Position numbers and translations under genes: made by a program
Notes under the pieces: generated by a model
What the model saw: only the letters and a program-made list of their open reading frames with translations
Databases searched by the model: none
Told to the model about the DNA's origin: nothing
DNA from: Convolutriloba macropyga
Taxonomy: Eukaryota
DNA: 64,000 nucleotides
Direction: 5' to 3'
Assembly (NCBI RefSeq): GCF_964194025.1
Contig: NC_134476.1
Span: 37,386,001-37,450,000, forward strand
In this document: positions 35,181 through 49,149 of the stretch, piece by piece
Position numbering within the stretch: position 1 is the stretch's first letter
Layout of the letters: every line of letters starts with the position of its first letter

Positions 35181-36769
35181 TCCTCTTGACACGTCTCAAA
35201 AAGTCCAAAGAAAACTTCTGAATCCTTGCACATTGAGCTAAAAGACCTTCCAATTCAAAAATTACGCATCAAAAGACATTTTCTATAAGTACCAGAACAA
35301 TGCTGCTAAGGGAGCTATAACGAATTGGATTTCTTCTTGAAACGTCCAAAAAAATTCTGGATCCTTGCATCAAAGCTTTAAAACAACCAGAAAATGCTCG
35401 AAAAGGCAAAAATGAAAACGAACATGATTACAAAATTCTATATCACCTAATTTCGACGGTGCTACAACGATCTCGACACCTGCCCGCGGCAAAAGTTAAG
35501 TTCCCGCAGAATATTTTAATCATGTTGAATTGAAAGATTGACATTAATTTCGAATTTTTTCAACAACGAGGTCTCATGTCTTAGAGGTCCTCAATACAAG
35601 TTTTTTTGCACTATCAGAACCAACAACACTATCTAATAGTCTATAACCACCAACTATTTCAACTTATTTTTAAATGTTAACACAAATCCACTGTGATATT
35701 TCAAAATGATGTTTTTCGGTAATAAAATTGCACTTGGTAAGATGACAAACGAAAGCAGGATCACGCTTTTTCAACGAGTCAAAAAAACTTTTCCAACTAT
35801 CAACAAATCCGACAGCAACATCACAAAGAAAATCTCTGGATCCTTGCACCAACGCTACGAAACAGCCAAAATATCCTCAAAAAAGCAAAAATGAACAAGC
35901 AGATGATGATAAAAATCTATCTCAACTACTTTCGAGGGTGCTGCAACGATCGCAACACTTGCATATGGCGAATCTTAGGTTCCTGCAGAAGCTGTAGCCC
36001 ACAAAAAAACCAAGCCAGATTACAGTTGAAGAATTCATCACCACCCGTGCATTACGCAAAAACCACTACTACTGCTGCTAGTACTAAAAAACTTTGTTTT
36101 CCTAGTGACTCTCAATAAAAAAACAAATACACATAGATATCAGTTTTAAAAAAAAGCAAAACAAAAGATATACAACTATTCAAAACAAAGAAAATATTGG
36201 CAAGCTACACCGGTCAAACTAATAGCTTCCCTTCGTCAACATCAAGGCCCATTGGGGCATCAAAAATCTCAGGGCGCCTAAGTGTCATAGAGCCTCGAAT
36301 GCAGAAGATGGAGCTCCTAAGAAGATCAAGCAGATATTTGATCTGAGGTATAACATGATGTAAGCGTCGCTGTTGTTTTCTTGTGGAGAGAGCGAAGGAG
36401 GTTGTATAAGTACTCAATAATCGCGGTTGGAAGAAAACAAATTCATCAGGAAACATTGAAGATTTAACCGTAAAGTTAGAAAACTTCGTTCATCAATGAT
36501 GGTTCCAATTGCTGATTCCACTGGAAGGCGTACGAATAAGAATCTTATTTCGAAGAAGCAGAGAAAACCATTTTTCAAAAACAGAAAATGTGTAACCTCA
36601 GGCAGCCAAAATGATATTTTTTAGATATCATGAATAGCATGAAAAGATTTTTGAAAAAAAATAAGAAACGCCTCTCTCCAACACTCGGTGAATATTGGCT
36701 GGTAAGGGGCTCACACAGCACAACATCTTCATTGAAAGAAAGAAAAATCAAAAGCCACATTAAGCCATA

Positions 36770-38050
36770 TCAACATTAGCGAAAAGGAAGTAGAACAAGT
36801 CATGAAACATATAAACTTTATCAAAGCCTGCGTCCCAGACGAAATTGAAACATTGTCTTGAACAATGCAGCTATACAAAATCATGCACTAAAGCACCAAT
36901 CTGCAAAAATAAAGACAAGGCGTAGATCTCAAACTACAGGCCAATTGCCCTGCAGGTTGACGCTTCAAAAATATCTGAAAGAGTGCTATTCAACAGGCTG
37001 TATCCTTTGATAGAAGAGGCTCTCCATCCTTCCCAATACTGCTCGAGGGAAAAGAAAATAGTTATACTGCAGCTGGTATCCTACTTCTAGAAAATCTAAG
37101 GAAAAATCGACCCGAAGAAGCCAGAAATCGTCCCCCTTTATGTGGACTTAGGCAAAACTTTTGATAAAAATGTTGCCTGAAAACAGTGCATAACCTCAGG
37201 AAAATTGGAGTTGGTGGTTAGCTTTTGCAGCAACCTGCTAAATGGTTAATTGATTGATGAACAAACGATTAGAGTAGGAAAAGTCACATAAAATGCATCA
37301 GCTATCACTTTGGGCGTATCACAAGGGTTTATAATGGGGCCACTCATGTACATGGTGTTCTTTAATCATTTGCCAGAAAAAAAACCATCGTTAAAAATTT
37401 CGATTATGTTGACAATATGTTGTAATCCACAGAACAAAACGCAGCCAGATGAAAATTGTTGTTCAAAAGCAGAGGAGAAACAAGCGCATCACTCAAAAAA
37501 TTGACTGCTTGAGCATCAAAAATGACAGGTAAAAAAACAAACCAAAAACGAAGAATCTTTTGCTCCAATCTCGAGACGAGGCAGAATTGAAAAGCAACTC
37601 TACAGAACTCGATCGCAGTAACAAAAATAATGGTTACAGTAATTAGTTACAACCTTCAATGTACTGAGAACTTTGCAAGGTGAGCGGCAAACTCGCTTAA
37701 ATGTTTCCAATTTATAAAAAGAAATACTTCTCCAAAAGTATTAATATCTACAAAACTAAACGCATACATCAGTTACGTAGTCCATGTAATCACATATGGA
37801 TTCCAAGTCTGGCATCCTTCCAAACCTGATATGAGAAATATCGATATAATAAAACACAGTACTGCATGGATTCGCAGGACAAGATCAGATTACAAAAATA
37901 CGCTCATTGCTCTAAACATCCTGCATTTGTCCTTGCACATCGAGCTACAAGACCATCCAATTCAAAAATTATGCATCAGAAGTCAAAACTCTTAAAACGA
38001 CCAGAACGATGCTGCTAACGGAGCTATAACGAATTGAAATTCCTCTTGAC
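36770..38050 (+). pseudogene. Decayed CR1/L2-like RT fragment (unit 2)
   Basis: KACVPDEI, NYRPIAL..SKISERVL, YVDLGKTFDK, GVSQGFIMGPLMY..NHLP. Confidence 0.78.
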
Positions 38051-38388
38051 ACTTCTCAAAAAGTCCAAAGAAAACTTCAGAATCATTGCACATCGAGCTA
38101 AAAGACCTTCCAATTCAAAAATTACGCATCAGTAGGCAAAATTGTTATAAGACCAGAACAATGCTGCTAATGGAGCTATAGCGTATTGGATTTCTCCTTG
38201 ACAGGTCCCAGAAGTTCAAAAAAAATCTGAAGCCCTGCACCAAAGCTACAAAACAATCAGAAAATACTCCAGAAGGCAAAAATGAACACGAACATGATTA
38301 AAAAATTCTATATAAACTACTTTCGGCGGTGCTAAAACAATCTCGACACCCGCCCATGGCAAATGTTAGGTTCCCGCATAAAATTTGA

Positions 38389-39060
38389 GCAGTAGTAGTA
38401 GTAGGAATTTGGCCCTTCGATGTCGTCGGGCGCGGGGACCGTGTCCCTTTTCTTTATCCATGGTTGCTGTTAAATTTTCCACGTATCGCTGACTAGTTCA
38501 TTGTAACTCGTTTCAAAATGATGCCACAGGAAATTGAGCAGTCGACTTTTCAAACCCGCTGCATTTCCAAATTGTAAACTGTGGAAGTCTATTCATAAGA
38601 GCACAAGTTCTATAGAAGAAGCATCGCTGGCAAATTTCAAGATGTGGTTTTGAATGGTCGAATTTCAGATCGTTGTCACTCCGATCTGAGTTATCCACAA
38701 AAGAAAACCAAACAAGACGACACCAACCGTTCATAGGAGACTTCAATATTAGGGACTCGAGGAATTAAGAACTTCAATTTATGCCTACATGATGAAGCGA
38801 ATATTTGAAACATGTTAGGTGAAAGAGTGGTATGAATTTCTAGCTTTTCAACAAAGACATCCCCTGTCTCAGAGGTCCTCAATACAAGTTCTTTTTGCAC
38901 TATCAGAACTTATAACACTATCCAATAGAGTATAACCACCAAATATGTCAACGTATTTTTAAATGTCAACAAAAATCCACTGTGATGTTTCAAAATGATG
39001 TTTTTCGGTAATAAATTTGCTTTTGGTAAGATGACAACCGAAAGAAGGATCATGCATTTT
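38389..39060 (-). mobile_element. 3' end of a CR1-like LINE with (TAC)n tail
   Basis: LEICQRCFFYRTCALMNRLP resembles CR1 C-terminal FFxR..N.LP; tail TACTACTACTAC on the minus strand at ~38391-38404. Confidence 0.6.
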
Positions 39061-39886
39061 CAACGAGTCTAAAAGACTTTTCCGGCTATCAATAAAGCCG
39101 ACAGCAGTATTATAACAAAACTTCTGGCTCCTTGCACCTTATCTAGAAAACATCCAGAAAAACCTCAAAAAAGCACAAAAGAGCAAGAAGATGATAACAA
39201 AATTTGGTGTTAACTAATTTCGACGGTGCTACAACGACCTCGACAACTGCACCAGGCAAATGTTAGGTTCCTGTAGAAGCTCTTTTCCGCAAAAGAACCA
39301 AACCAGATAGCAGTTAAAGAATTTATCGTCAACCGTGCATAAAAAAAACTTAAGAACTTTGTCTTCATTAAAATTGTCAAAAAAAACAAATACTCACAGA
39401 TATCAGTTGAGAAAAAAAGCAAAACCAAAGTTATCCAACCATTGAAAACAAAGAAAATAATGGTAATGTACATGAGTCAAACTAATAGCTTCCTTTCATC
39501 AACAGCAATACCCACTGGAACAACAAAAAATATCGCAAAGTCTAAGTGTCTTAGAGCCTCGAATGCAGAAGATGCAGCTCCTTAGGAGAACGAAGCTGGT
39601 ATCTGTTCTGAGTTATAACTTGATGTAGGCGTTGCTGTTGTCTTTATGCGGAGAGAGCTTCAATGCTAGTTGCTTCACCTCTCATATAGCTGTTGGGCCC
39701 ACTCCACCATTTGAAAGAAAGAAATTTGTTTTTTTTAATAGTATTTTCTTCATGCTCGTAACTCCCGCTATGGTTTTCTTGGAAATTTCTGCTAGCAGGA
39801 TGATAATTTTTAATTGAACAAAATGTGGGCAATAGACGAACAGCATTAGAGAACGTGAAAGCCTCATGCCCATCATTGCATGTTGC

Positions 39887-41638
39887 CCTACAGAATTCCT
39901 AGAGCCATCCGTCTCATCTCTACATCGGTAAGTCGACCATTCTGTCTCAGGAAGGTACGACACAAGGTGATCCCCTTGCGATGGCAATGCATGGAATCCG
40001 AATCCTACCCCTAATATCAAGACTTCACAATGACTCCTTGACCTAAAAATGGTATGCTGATGATGGTAGCGTCGTCGGTAATTTGAAAGATATCAGGGCA
40101 CTCTTCGACAAGCTCACTCCGCTTGGTCCCAAGTAGGGATATTTTGTCAATCCTCCGAAGTGTCAGTTGTTAATTAAGCCAGGAGGCAGGCGCCAAGCGT
40201 CAACTGAGTTTGCAGGCACAAAGGTGGAAATTACGCAAGGCGCTGGAGTCCTGGGATCAGTAATCGGTAGCTGTGAAGCCAGTAAAATTTTCCTGAAAGA
40301 TGCAGAAATACACAAAAAGTTTGGACAGACTTGGTCAATTTGCTCTCACCTCTCCCCAGAACGCCTATGCATGTTTGACGAAGGCGTTCAACAGAAGTTG
40401 AGCTTCCTCTCGCGTACTACACCCTGCATGGACGGGGTTCTGGACAAGATAGAGTACCGGTTTGGCCGAGTTATACCGAACGTCGTCGGCAAAGAAATAA
40501 TCCAAGAGGAAAGAAAATTTTTTTCTCTCTTTCTCAGAATGGGTGGGCTTAACATCGCCTTCCCACAAGATCTGCATAAAAAACTTGAGAAATCAGTTGA
40601 ATTCTCAACTCCTTTGGAGTCATTTAATAATGATTCTTTCGATATTCAACAATGTGAATTAGAACAAACCAAGATCAGTCTCAGACAGAAAGCAGACATG
40701 CAACGTGAACTCATCTCAAAAAAATCCAGAATAGGAAACAATCACTAGAAATGAAGATACCATCCAGCTGGCCTCAGAGAAAGGAGAATCTAGCTGGCCT
40801 AACGCGCTTCCGTTATCAAAACATGGTTTCGACCTCACGAAGACTGAGTTCCGTGATGGATTAGCACTCCGCTACACCTGAGAAGCGAAGAACACGCCAG
40901 CTATATGCCCATGCGGGAAAGAATTTAGCCTCACCCATGCCCTTCATTGCGCCAAAGGCGAGGCGGGTATACGCACCTACGTCACAACGAAATCAGAGAA
41001 ATGTTTGCAAACTTGACAGATGACGTTTGCCACGATGTCCACATAGAGCCAAAACTTCAGTCGCGCGATGGAGAAATTTTCTCGAGTAATTCCACCCATA
41101 GTGATGATGACGCTCTACTGGACATCAAGGCAAACGGACTATGGGGCTCCCGCTTTTATAGCACTTTCTTCGATGTGAATATTTTCAACCCTCACGCGAA
41201 GAGCTGCCCTAAGACCATAAAAAAGCATACAAATATCACGAGAGCATCAAGCGAAATAAATACGAAGAGCGAATCCGCGGAACCGAATACAGCAGTTTCA
41301 ACGCACTGGTTTTTGCTTGCTCGGGCGGTGCTGGGCTATCAGCATCGCGCGTTATGAAACAACTCGCAACTATGATTAGCGAAAAACGCGGAGAGCCGTA
41401 CGCCGACACTATAAGCTACATCCGAACGAAAATCAGCTTCGCACTTCTGAGAAGCTGTGTTCTCTGCTTGAGGGGATGTCGCGCCCTCAAGCCTCGTGTT
41501 CTCAGTGAGATTTCGATTAGCGCAGTCTTGGAGGAGGGAAGGCTGCACCGAGTGTATGGCTGCTTAACTTTATTCCTTTGCTCCTTCCTTGATATCCTAT
41601 TTTTATTTTAATCCTTCCTTAACAGTTCCTTATCTGTG

Positions 41639-41643
<5 letters not shown>
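39887..41643 (+). mobile_element. 5'-truncated CRE-like (RLE endonuclease) non-LTR retrotransposon
   Basis: [63 protein letters not shown]; ends at a (TA)n tract. Confidence 0.88.

Positions 41644-41701
<58 letters not shown>
41644..41701. repeat. (TA)n microsatellite
   Basis: About 29 TA units with one CA interruption. Confidence 0.98.
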
Positions 41702-41702
<1 letters not shown>

Positions 41703-41944
41703 TGGTGCTTTCCTCTCCACTTGTTAGTTATTTTTGTGACTGGGCCGTCTTTACACTGTCTGGAGGGGAACAGCTTGGAGTGCAGCATCCGGCTAAGTGC
41801 TACTCATCATCCCTTATGTTCCAACCTACATCAATCGTTGCCGGATGGTGTACACGGTCCTTTTTATAATTTTTTTATTCAATTTATTTTGTTGAATCCC
41901 GATTCCTAAAAAAATTTGTACAAAGAAAAAAATTTGAAGCAAAA

Positions 41945-42880
41945 TGAAGGTTGAGTTTCAACTTCATGACACACATCACTTAATATTTTTGCAAAGCAAT
42001 TGCGAAGTTCTTTTTTTCTCATCTGGTTATATTCTCCTTTCAAACAATGGAGGGCATGCAGTACACTGAAACTTTTTCTAAATACGCATAAGGAAGACAG
42101 ATTTACTGACAACAACTTCTCTCATAGCATCAATTTTTCTTTGTTCGTATTTGTTTTTTGTTCAAGTTTCTCTGAAATTCATTATGTCTTATCTGATTGT
42201 ATTTTGCCCTCAGACACAACATAGTGGTTGGCAAGTTTGATAATTCTCTTATGGGTGTATCCGCCTTTCGGTCATTGGAGCAAAGTGACAATTTCATTAC
42301 ATCCACACAAGGAAGGTGTATTTACTGGGACCCAACCATAGCGAAGGGCAAAGCCATCACAAAACTCAACTTTCATTATGTCAAAAAGATATTGCTTCTA
42401 TAACATATATTTCAACCGGCTTGATGCACCTTTTTCGGTAGCTGTTGGGAAAGCCAATTTTCTGCTCAAGCTGCTTTTATTTTTTGTATTTCTCCATTTG
42501 ATATTCATCTATCTCTCTCTCTCTCTCTCTCTCTCTCCCTTTTCATTACGGTTGGCTTTTAGTTTTTTCTGTTTTGGCAGGGATAGTGTCAATGAAAGCA
42601 AAAGTTGAACAGATCGTTCGTATTCCTTAAAACGGTCTTCAGATTTAAGAGTTTTTAAGCCACCCTCCATTATCGGCCAAAAACAATATTCCATTTTTTT
42701 GCAGATCTGACTCTCAACTAGATTCGGTAATAGCTTATCGTTGATTGATCTTTCTTTTTTTAAATATCTATTTTTCAATATTGGGGCTGTACAGATTAAG
42801 AAAGTCAAAATTTTCTTAACCGAGGCAGTGAACGAATTGTAATTAGGTTGAAGTGAAGCATTGGTGTAAAAAGCCAGCTT
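41945..42880 (-). mobile_element. Older CRE-like fragment, converging on the plus-strand copy; contains (CT)n at ~42509-42537
   Basis: HALHCLKGEYNQMR..DVCHEVETQP, EFCDGFALRYGW, IMEGGL and FLICTAP match the 39887-41643 element. Confidence 0.8.
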
Positions 42881-43414
42881 TTTCGACAGAGGATTCTGCT
42901 TTCTTTTTGAATTACATTTGTTTATAATCAGAATTTTTAATATTACCTAATGCTCTACAAGCAACTGTACTAGAGCTCAGCTTACTACTATTAACGTGGT
43001 GACAAGTGGCGCATGAACAAGACCAAACACCTCCACCCCTAACAGGGCTTAAACAATCTGAACGGTGTCACTGCTCGAACAATAGTGAGCAGCAACTAGA
43101 TTGGTTGCTGTGAAGTGGACATAAGTGCTTCCTTATAATTTTAAAGTTATAGCCGTTAATTCTGAAAAATAAAAACAATTAAGTTACAAAACTAACCGAC
43201 TGCCACCTAATTCATTCAAAGATAAATTAACAGCTCCAGTTTATTGAAAGAATAACAAAAACGATGCTCCGCGATTTTGGACAAATTGGTTGTTCAAATC
43301 TAAATTATATGAAAAATTATGATGATAGAATACAAAAAGCAAGAGCTGGTTTCTTTTCAACCAGGAGAGAAAGAGAAAGACTATATTATTGTATAAGGAT
43401 AGATGGCAATAATT

Positions 43415-44216
43415 CCCGGGCCGAGGAATTTGGCCAAAATTATGTAAGATCAGCGGCAACTAGCGTTGACAAGTCGGAAAATTCACCGCAATTTTCTTAC
43501 ATAATTTTGCGTTGAATGCGTTGAATTTAAAGACAAAAATTCAACGCATTCAACGCAAAATTATGTAAGAACTGGCGGTGAATTTTCCGACTTGTCAACG
43601 CTAGTTGCCGCTGATCTTACATATTTAGCGTTGAATTTAGCGTAGATCTTACATATTTAGCGTTGATATTAGCGTAGATCTTACATATTTTTGCGTTGAA
43701 TTTAGCGTTGATCTTACAAAAAATTTATGTAAGATCTACGCTAAATTCAACGCTAAATATGTAAGATCTACGCTAAAATTAAACGCTAAATATGTAAGAT
43801 CTACGCCAAATTTCAACGCAAAATATGTAAGATTGGCGTTGAATGCGTTGAATTTATGTAAGGTCTACGCTAAATTCAACGCTAAATATGTAAGATCTAC
43901 GCTAAAATTCAACGCTAAATATGTAAGATCTACGCCAAATTTCAACGCAAAATATGTAAGATTGGCGTTGAATGCGTTGAATTTATGTAAGGTCTACGCT
44001 AAATTCAACGCTAAATATGTAAGATCTACGCTAAAATTCAACGCTAAATATGTAAGATCTACGCCAAAATTCAACGCAAAATTATGTAAGATTGGCGTTG
44101 AATGCGTTGAATTTATGTACGATCTACGCTCAAGCGTAGATCTTACATAAATTCAACGCATTCAACGCCAATCTTACATAATTTTGCGTTTTTTAGCGTT
44201 GACACCTCGGCCCGGG
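43415..44216. mobile_element. Foldback element with CCCGGGCCGAGG TIRs and modular ~32-bp internal repeats
   Basis: Perfect 12-bp TIRs; unit AAATTCAACGCTAAATATGTAAGATCTACGCT in both orientations; 129-bp higher-order repeat x3; internal palindromes centred ~43533, ~43720 and ~44130. Confidence 0.88.
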
Positions 44217-45695
44217 TTATACAGTAGGTGAGCGAGGTTAATGAAGGTGCATAAATTGTTTTAATAAAGTTTAAGTTCATTTGAAAGTGTAAGTCACACC
44301 ATGTGCCAGTTCATTGAAAAGTAATTGTCGCGGAATCGGCCCTTGAATTTTTTCAAACTTCTCAGTGCCTGTAAACTTATCTTCGATCTCGGAGGTATAA
44401 TGCTAGTAGGTTTCATTTCAACAAAATGATTAAAAAGATTATATAAAAGAGAATGAAACGTGCTGATTGTGTCCTAAAAATATTTCGGTTATTACATTAA
44501 ATAGATATAAAATAAGTAGACGTTGTTAATTTTAGCTAGTGATGGCTAGCTCTTTTCATATTTCTGTTGTATTGGCAAAGGTACGCTTTCAATTTAATCA
44601 GCTGCTATATGTTGATTACATTTTTAGATTTTTGAAAATCCTTTGACGACGAGGAAATAGAGATTTTAACATAGTGCGGGAATCGTTGCAAGCATGCAAA
44701 TATCATGCTGATGTGCACAATTAAAAATATGATCACCACAAAATTGTGTTATGAAAATGGTTCAAAAAACCGGAGTGAGTTTTATAAAAACCACAGCATA
44801 AATCTCACGCTACAGAAACATTCCTAATTTTTTTCACTATCAAGGATTTGAACTGCAGTGCATCATTGTTCAAGTTTGAACACCATGTTGCTGATTTTGA
44901 AACCTCTGAGTTGACTTTTAATTTAATTTATAGGTTGCCTGGAGAAAATAGATTGAAGTTGTCGTATTGATTTTTGTCGTATTGAAGGTATTTTTTTGCC
45001 GGATAAATTCTCTTGAGGTAAAAAGTTGAGAATGTGTCAATTCTCTAATTCACCCGAATTGCCAGGTTTTAATCCTAAATGGCTCAATGATGTGCAATTT
45101 GAGCGAAAGAAACATTTTTAGACCCCAGTTCATTTGCTTCAAGTTAACGCGACTCATAAATAATTAACGGCGATCAATTGTATTCCCTAAATAATGCAAT
45201 TCATCGAATTTCTTAAACTACTTCCTCATCTAATAATATCTAAAATTGTGTGCAGGGAGCTGTTTCTTATTTTTGCTCGAGCAAACGAATTCTGTTTTTG
45301 ATGAAGTCATATTCAATTTACATAAGTAATGTAAAATCGTCAGGTTAAAACTGTTTTATAAATTGTTAAAAGATAAAATAAATATGTATTTACATTTGTC
45401 TGAGACCACACTTAAAACAATTCTAGGAACTATTCTAAAAAAATCAATCGAAAATTGTTCCATAGGTACAATATTTAGCCTATTTAAAACTCATATTTAC
45501 ATCCGTTATCAATTTATTTAAAAACACTCCTATTCCAGATTTTTGATTCGGCCATGTTCTTGTATTTTTAGGGTTTTTCCGAATTTGCCCTAAACTTAAG
45601 TATCCCTCTTGTGGAGGTTTTGCAAATTTCGTTTTGTCATGCACAAAATGTTTTTTGCCCTATGTATCCTCATCTAGTCAAAATTATAGTTTGAA

Positions 45696-46396
45696 CTAAT
45701 ATTTTAACGTGAGTTCCCTCCCCCTATATTTATCGCTTGTGTTTAGTGCCGGCTTCAGCTTGCTGTATATAGCTTTGATAATCATTGGTCAGTCGTCCGG
45801 AATTTTCCATTCAATGTCATTCGTGGCACCACGACTTTCAACCGGATGTTGACCCACCTTTGAATCCTTTTTTGATATTCTGTTGTCCTTGTGGTAACAT
45901 GCCGGCTTGTTTGCCCAACATAGATGGATCCGCATCCATTACATTTAATCTAATATACCACGTGCGATTTCTGGTCTCTATCGAAAGATGATTTCAGGGT
46001 GGGAGGCATGATCTTAATTTCCGCGTTGTAAAAACCACTTGCAATTCGCATAGTTTCTTCAATTTGCTTGCATAGTTTTGAGTAAGGTTGCGTCTGTATT
46101 GTAGAAAAATAGTTGGCTTATCATAAGATATAGTCTTGCTTTTTTGATGCTATTTTGGTGTTGTTCTCATTTGGTCTTTACCGCAACTTACTATCTTTTC
46201 TAGAGTCTGGTTCACTTTTTTTGAAGACCAATCTTCTGGATCTTGATTTTTGGTCCAGCAAGTTTTGTTCTCATCAAGAGCCTGATCGAAGGCCAACCAA
46301 TTAGAATTTGCATTGAAAACCCTATGAACCGTCCCTTGAATCACATTTGTCTTATGCTGAAGCGGTGCACAGCTGCGAAAATTCAGTATTGTTCCA
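45696..46396 (-). mobile_element. Penelope-like element fragment (RT thumb + GIY-YIG endonuclease)
   Basis: GTILNFRSCAPLQHKTNVIQGTVHRVF..., HVVY*IKCNGCGSIYVGQTSRH, KPALN. Confidence 0.85.
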
Positions 46397-46529
46397 ATAT
46401 TATATAAGTAGGTCGCTCATAAGTAGCTTCTAAATTTTGTAAGTTTGACTCCAGTGCCTTTTCCGCTATTGTCTCATCCTTACTAGATTCAAAGACGAAG
46501 CAATCATAAGCACAACGGATCAGCGTTAA

Positions 46530-48650
46530 ATCAGTATCAATAGCTGTGCAAATGTCGTTTTATTATTCAGTTGAACAAGAGTGATCCCTATACGGTTCCT
46601 TTGGGTAAAACCTCTGACAATTTTTATCCATTTAAAGTAAATTGAATCAAAACTTAAATGTTGAATAATGCCAGAAATGAAAGATTTCATAGGGTTCTTT
46701 GCATTGTTATCAATTCCATTTTTTATTTTGTCATGAGATATAAAATCGAACGCTTTGGAGAGATCCAAAAATGAAGTTTGTACAATATTGTTTGAGTCAA
46801 TAATTTTCAAAGTTGGTTTTATGAAAAATAGGGCATTTGCGGTAGAAAAACCACTTTAAATACATATACTGAATCGGATTCATTACTTCAATTCTTTAAA
46901 AGTGATTGATTATTTCTTGATGCATGATTTTTTCAAAAATAGTTGAAAAAATGCAAAAGAGAAATATTGAGCGTTAGCAGGTTGCAACCATTAGTACAAA
47001 TTTTGTCCAGAGGACTGATGTCTGCTTTCTTAATGCGTCTGTTGTTTAATGCAACTTGCAGAAAAGTTAGTAAGATGAGGCACAAAATATCCATCTTCTT
47101 TTATAGCCTTGACAAGAACTGCAGAAAGAGATACAGGAAAATAAGGAAATTACCCAAACTCAAATTTGTTAGTTAGTATGCTGTTAACAAAATATTTCAC
47201 CGAAGTTACAGCGTTGAAAGCTTTTTTCCCTCTGGTTGAACTACTCAAATTCTAGCTTTCTCGTTGGTGTCAAGAGATTCAAGAGGATGCTTTCAATATG
47301 CTGTTTTTTTACTAAATATTAAGTTTGCTAGAAATGGCCGCTTTTTGTTAAAAAAATCCAAGAAAAGAGACGTTTCATTTTGAATATATTTCCTAAGTAT
47401 GTGTATTTTTCTACGTCCATACATTCCTCCCCAAGTCAATCAGTTTACAACATGTTCTGGTGATTTGCAAACCGTAAGGTAATATGATGCTTTTCAAATT
47501 GTTTTTCTCACTTTCGTTTGAACAATTTAATTAAAAGTCACCCATTAAATGTACGGTGTTGCATTGTCCAAAGGCGTAGTCTAATTTGTATGAGAAGTCA
47601 TCTAATCGTTGTTCCTGCTTTTGTTTTGCGTGATGGTAAGTTCAATTGTGAACCTTTTCTTCCTCAATTCTATCATGGCTTCTATCAATCTTTACATGCA
47701 ACCCAAATTCACTCCAATTTTTTTTGTCAAACATGAGTAAATTCAGCCAATTTTTGGTGCTATTAGTTTTAGAGCAAGTAGGCAACACGTTCATTTTTAT
47801 GTTGTATCTTTTTGAAAAAGAACTTCAGTATTGTTTGAAATGTTCAAAAGATTACAGAAACTTTTTCAAGGTAACCATGTTTCCTTTAGTCTAATAATTC
47901 TGTTTTCCCCAATATTTTGGAAAAGAACTTTGAGGCAATCCGCTTCCTTAAAAAAATTTTGCGAAGCCAAATGGAAAAATTCAAAATTTTGAGAAATTTT
48001 GTATGATCACCAAAGGAGATTTTAAAGAATTTTTGGGTCCTAGATCTGACTTTTCGTCGCCACTTAGCAAAGACTTGTCAGCAACATAATTGCTAAGGTT
48101 CGTCTTGTTTATAACAGTTCAAGAAGTGACACTGTATTCAATAATAATTTTGTTTCTTGCGTTGCAGTGAAGGTAAAACAAAAGAGCATCGAGCATCTTA
48201 CTACAAAATTAAGACCCCTAAGGTGCAATAAAAAACACATAGTTTTAAAGAAAATGAATCGCATCATTTTGACAAAGTCTTGATAGCTCTCAATTTTGTT
48301 TCGGTCAAATAGATTTTCCAAAATCGCTGATTTCAACATTTAGGAGTATCACATTGTTGCAAAGAGACTTCACGAAAGCTTTACCTTAGTATTCAGAGGA
48401 TAAGAGGCCACCTGTGCTTGAATATAATCACGTTCTTTTCGAAATCCTCATTCAAATCAATCAAGTTAAGCATTTTGGGCTAAAGGTCCTTCACGTTTGA
48501 TATTCAAATGGATGGATGGTTGTTGATCTTGTTAGCCCTGACGTTATTCCTTTTCCAAAGCCACCAGTTGGTAAAAAGTAAACATTTAAATTCTTTTCCA
48601 AGTATTTTCCTGGCACAAGTTTAATTAAGCTTCATGCAATCCGTAATTGG
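46530..48650 (-). pseudogene. Highly decayed CR1/L2-like LINE ORF2
   Basis: FLDLSKAFD and a frameshifted GxxQG..G.LLFN near 46560-46790. Upstream APE-like remnants are weak, so the right boundary is uncertain. Confidence 0.6.
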
Positions 48651-49149
48651 TTCTTTAATTTCAAAATTAGCTGATAGACAATCACTGATTCCAATTAAAA
48701 GTGTTTTTTGTTTCACTTTTTCGCTCTGGTGTTTGATGTCTTTCTAGCAGTTCTGAGAACGTAGGCCGAGGGCTCTTTCTAAATCATTTTGTCCATACTG
48801 CCTGCCCTCAGTTGTATTGTTGATGAGTCTCCGATTTCTATTGCTTTGGTAGTGCCGTTCTTTGTGTTAGATATGAGTAGTCTATAGGCATTTCATTTTT
48901 AGTCATCGTTACTTGATGTAGGGACTTTGGTTTGATATCCGTATGTTCTCGCCTCTCGTCGGCTGTCTGTTGGAGTTACTCCGCTTGACGTTGCAGTTCT
49001 AGTCTGAATTCAATCTCCAATGAAAAAGGTTTCTAATATACTTGAATTTATGTCGACTGAAAATTTCGGAGTACTATTAGTTTTTAAAGATTAACTCGGG
49101 AGTGTCAAAATTTTCAAACACTCTGTCAAATTTGTCAATCATCTTCGTA

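Larger units (their letters stand above)
33046..39657. repeat. Old tandem segmental duplication, 2 units of ~3.3 kb
   Basis: Collinear matches 33046/36406, ~34340/36768, 35073/37935, ~35583/38872, 36213/39476; the units differ by insertions and deletions. Confidence 0.88.

Noticed and set aside
41742-41860. 5S rRNA or HDV-like ribozyme
   Set aside because: Size fits 5S but there is no sequence similarity; the stem order does not fit the HDV double pseudoknot.
41589-41909. ORFs with YIYIYI runs
   Set aside because: Translation of the (TA)n microsatellite.
43833-44150. 105-aa repeat protein ORF
   Set aside because: By-product of the 129-bp higher-order repeat; non-ATG start.
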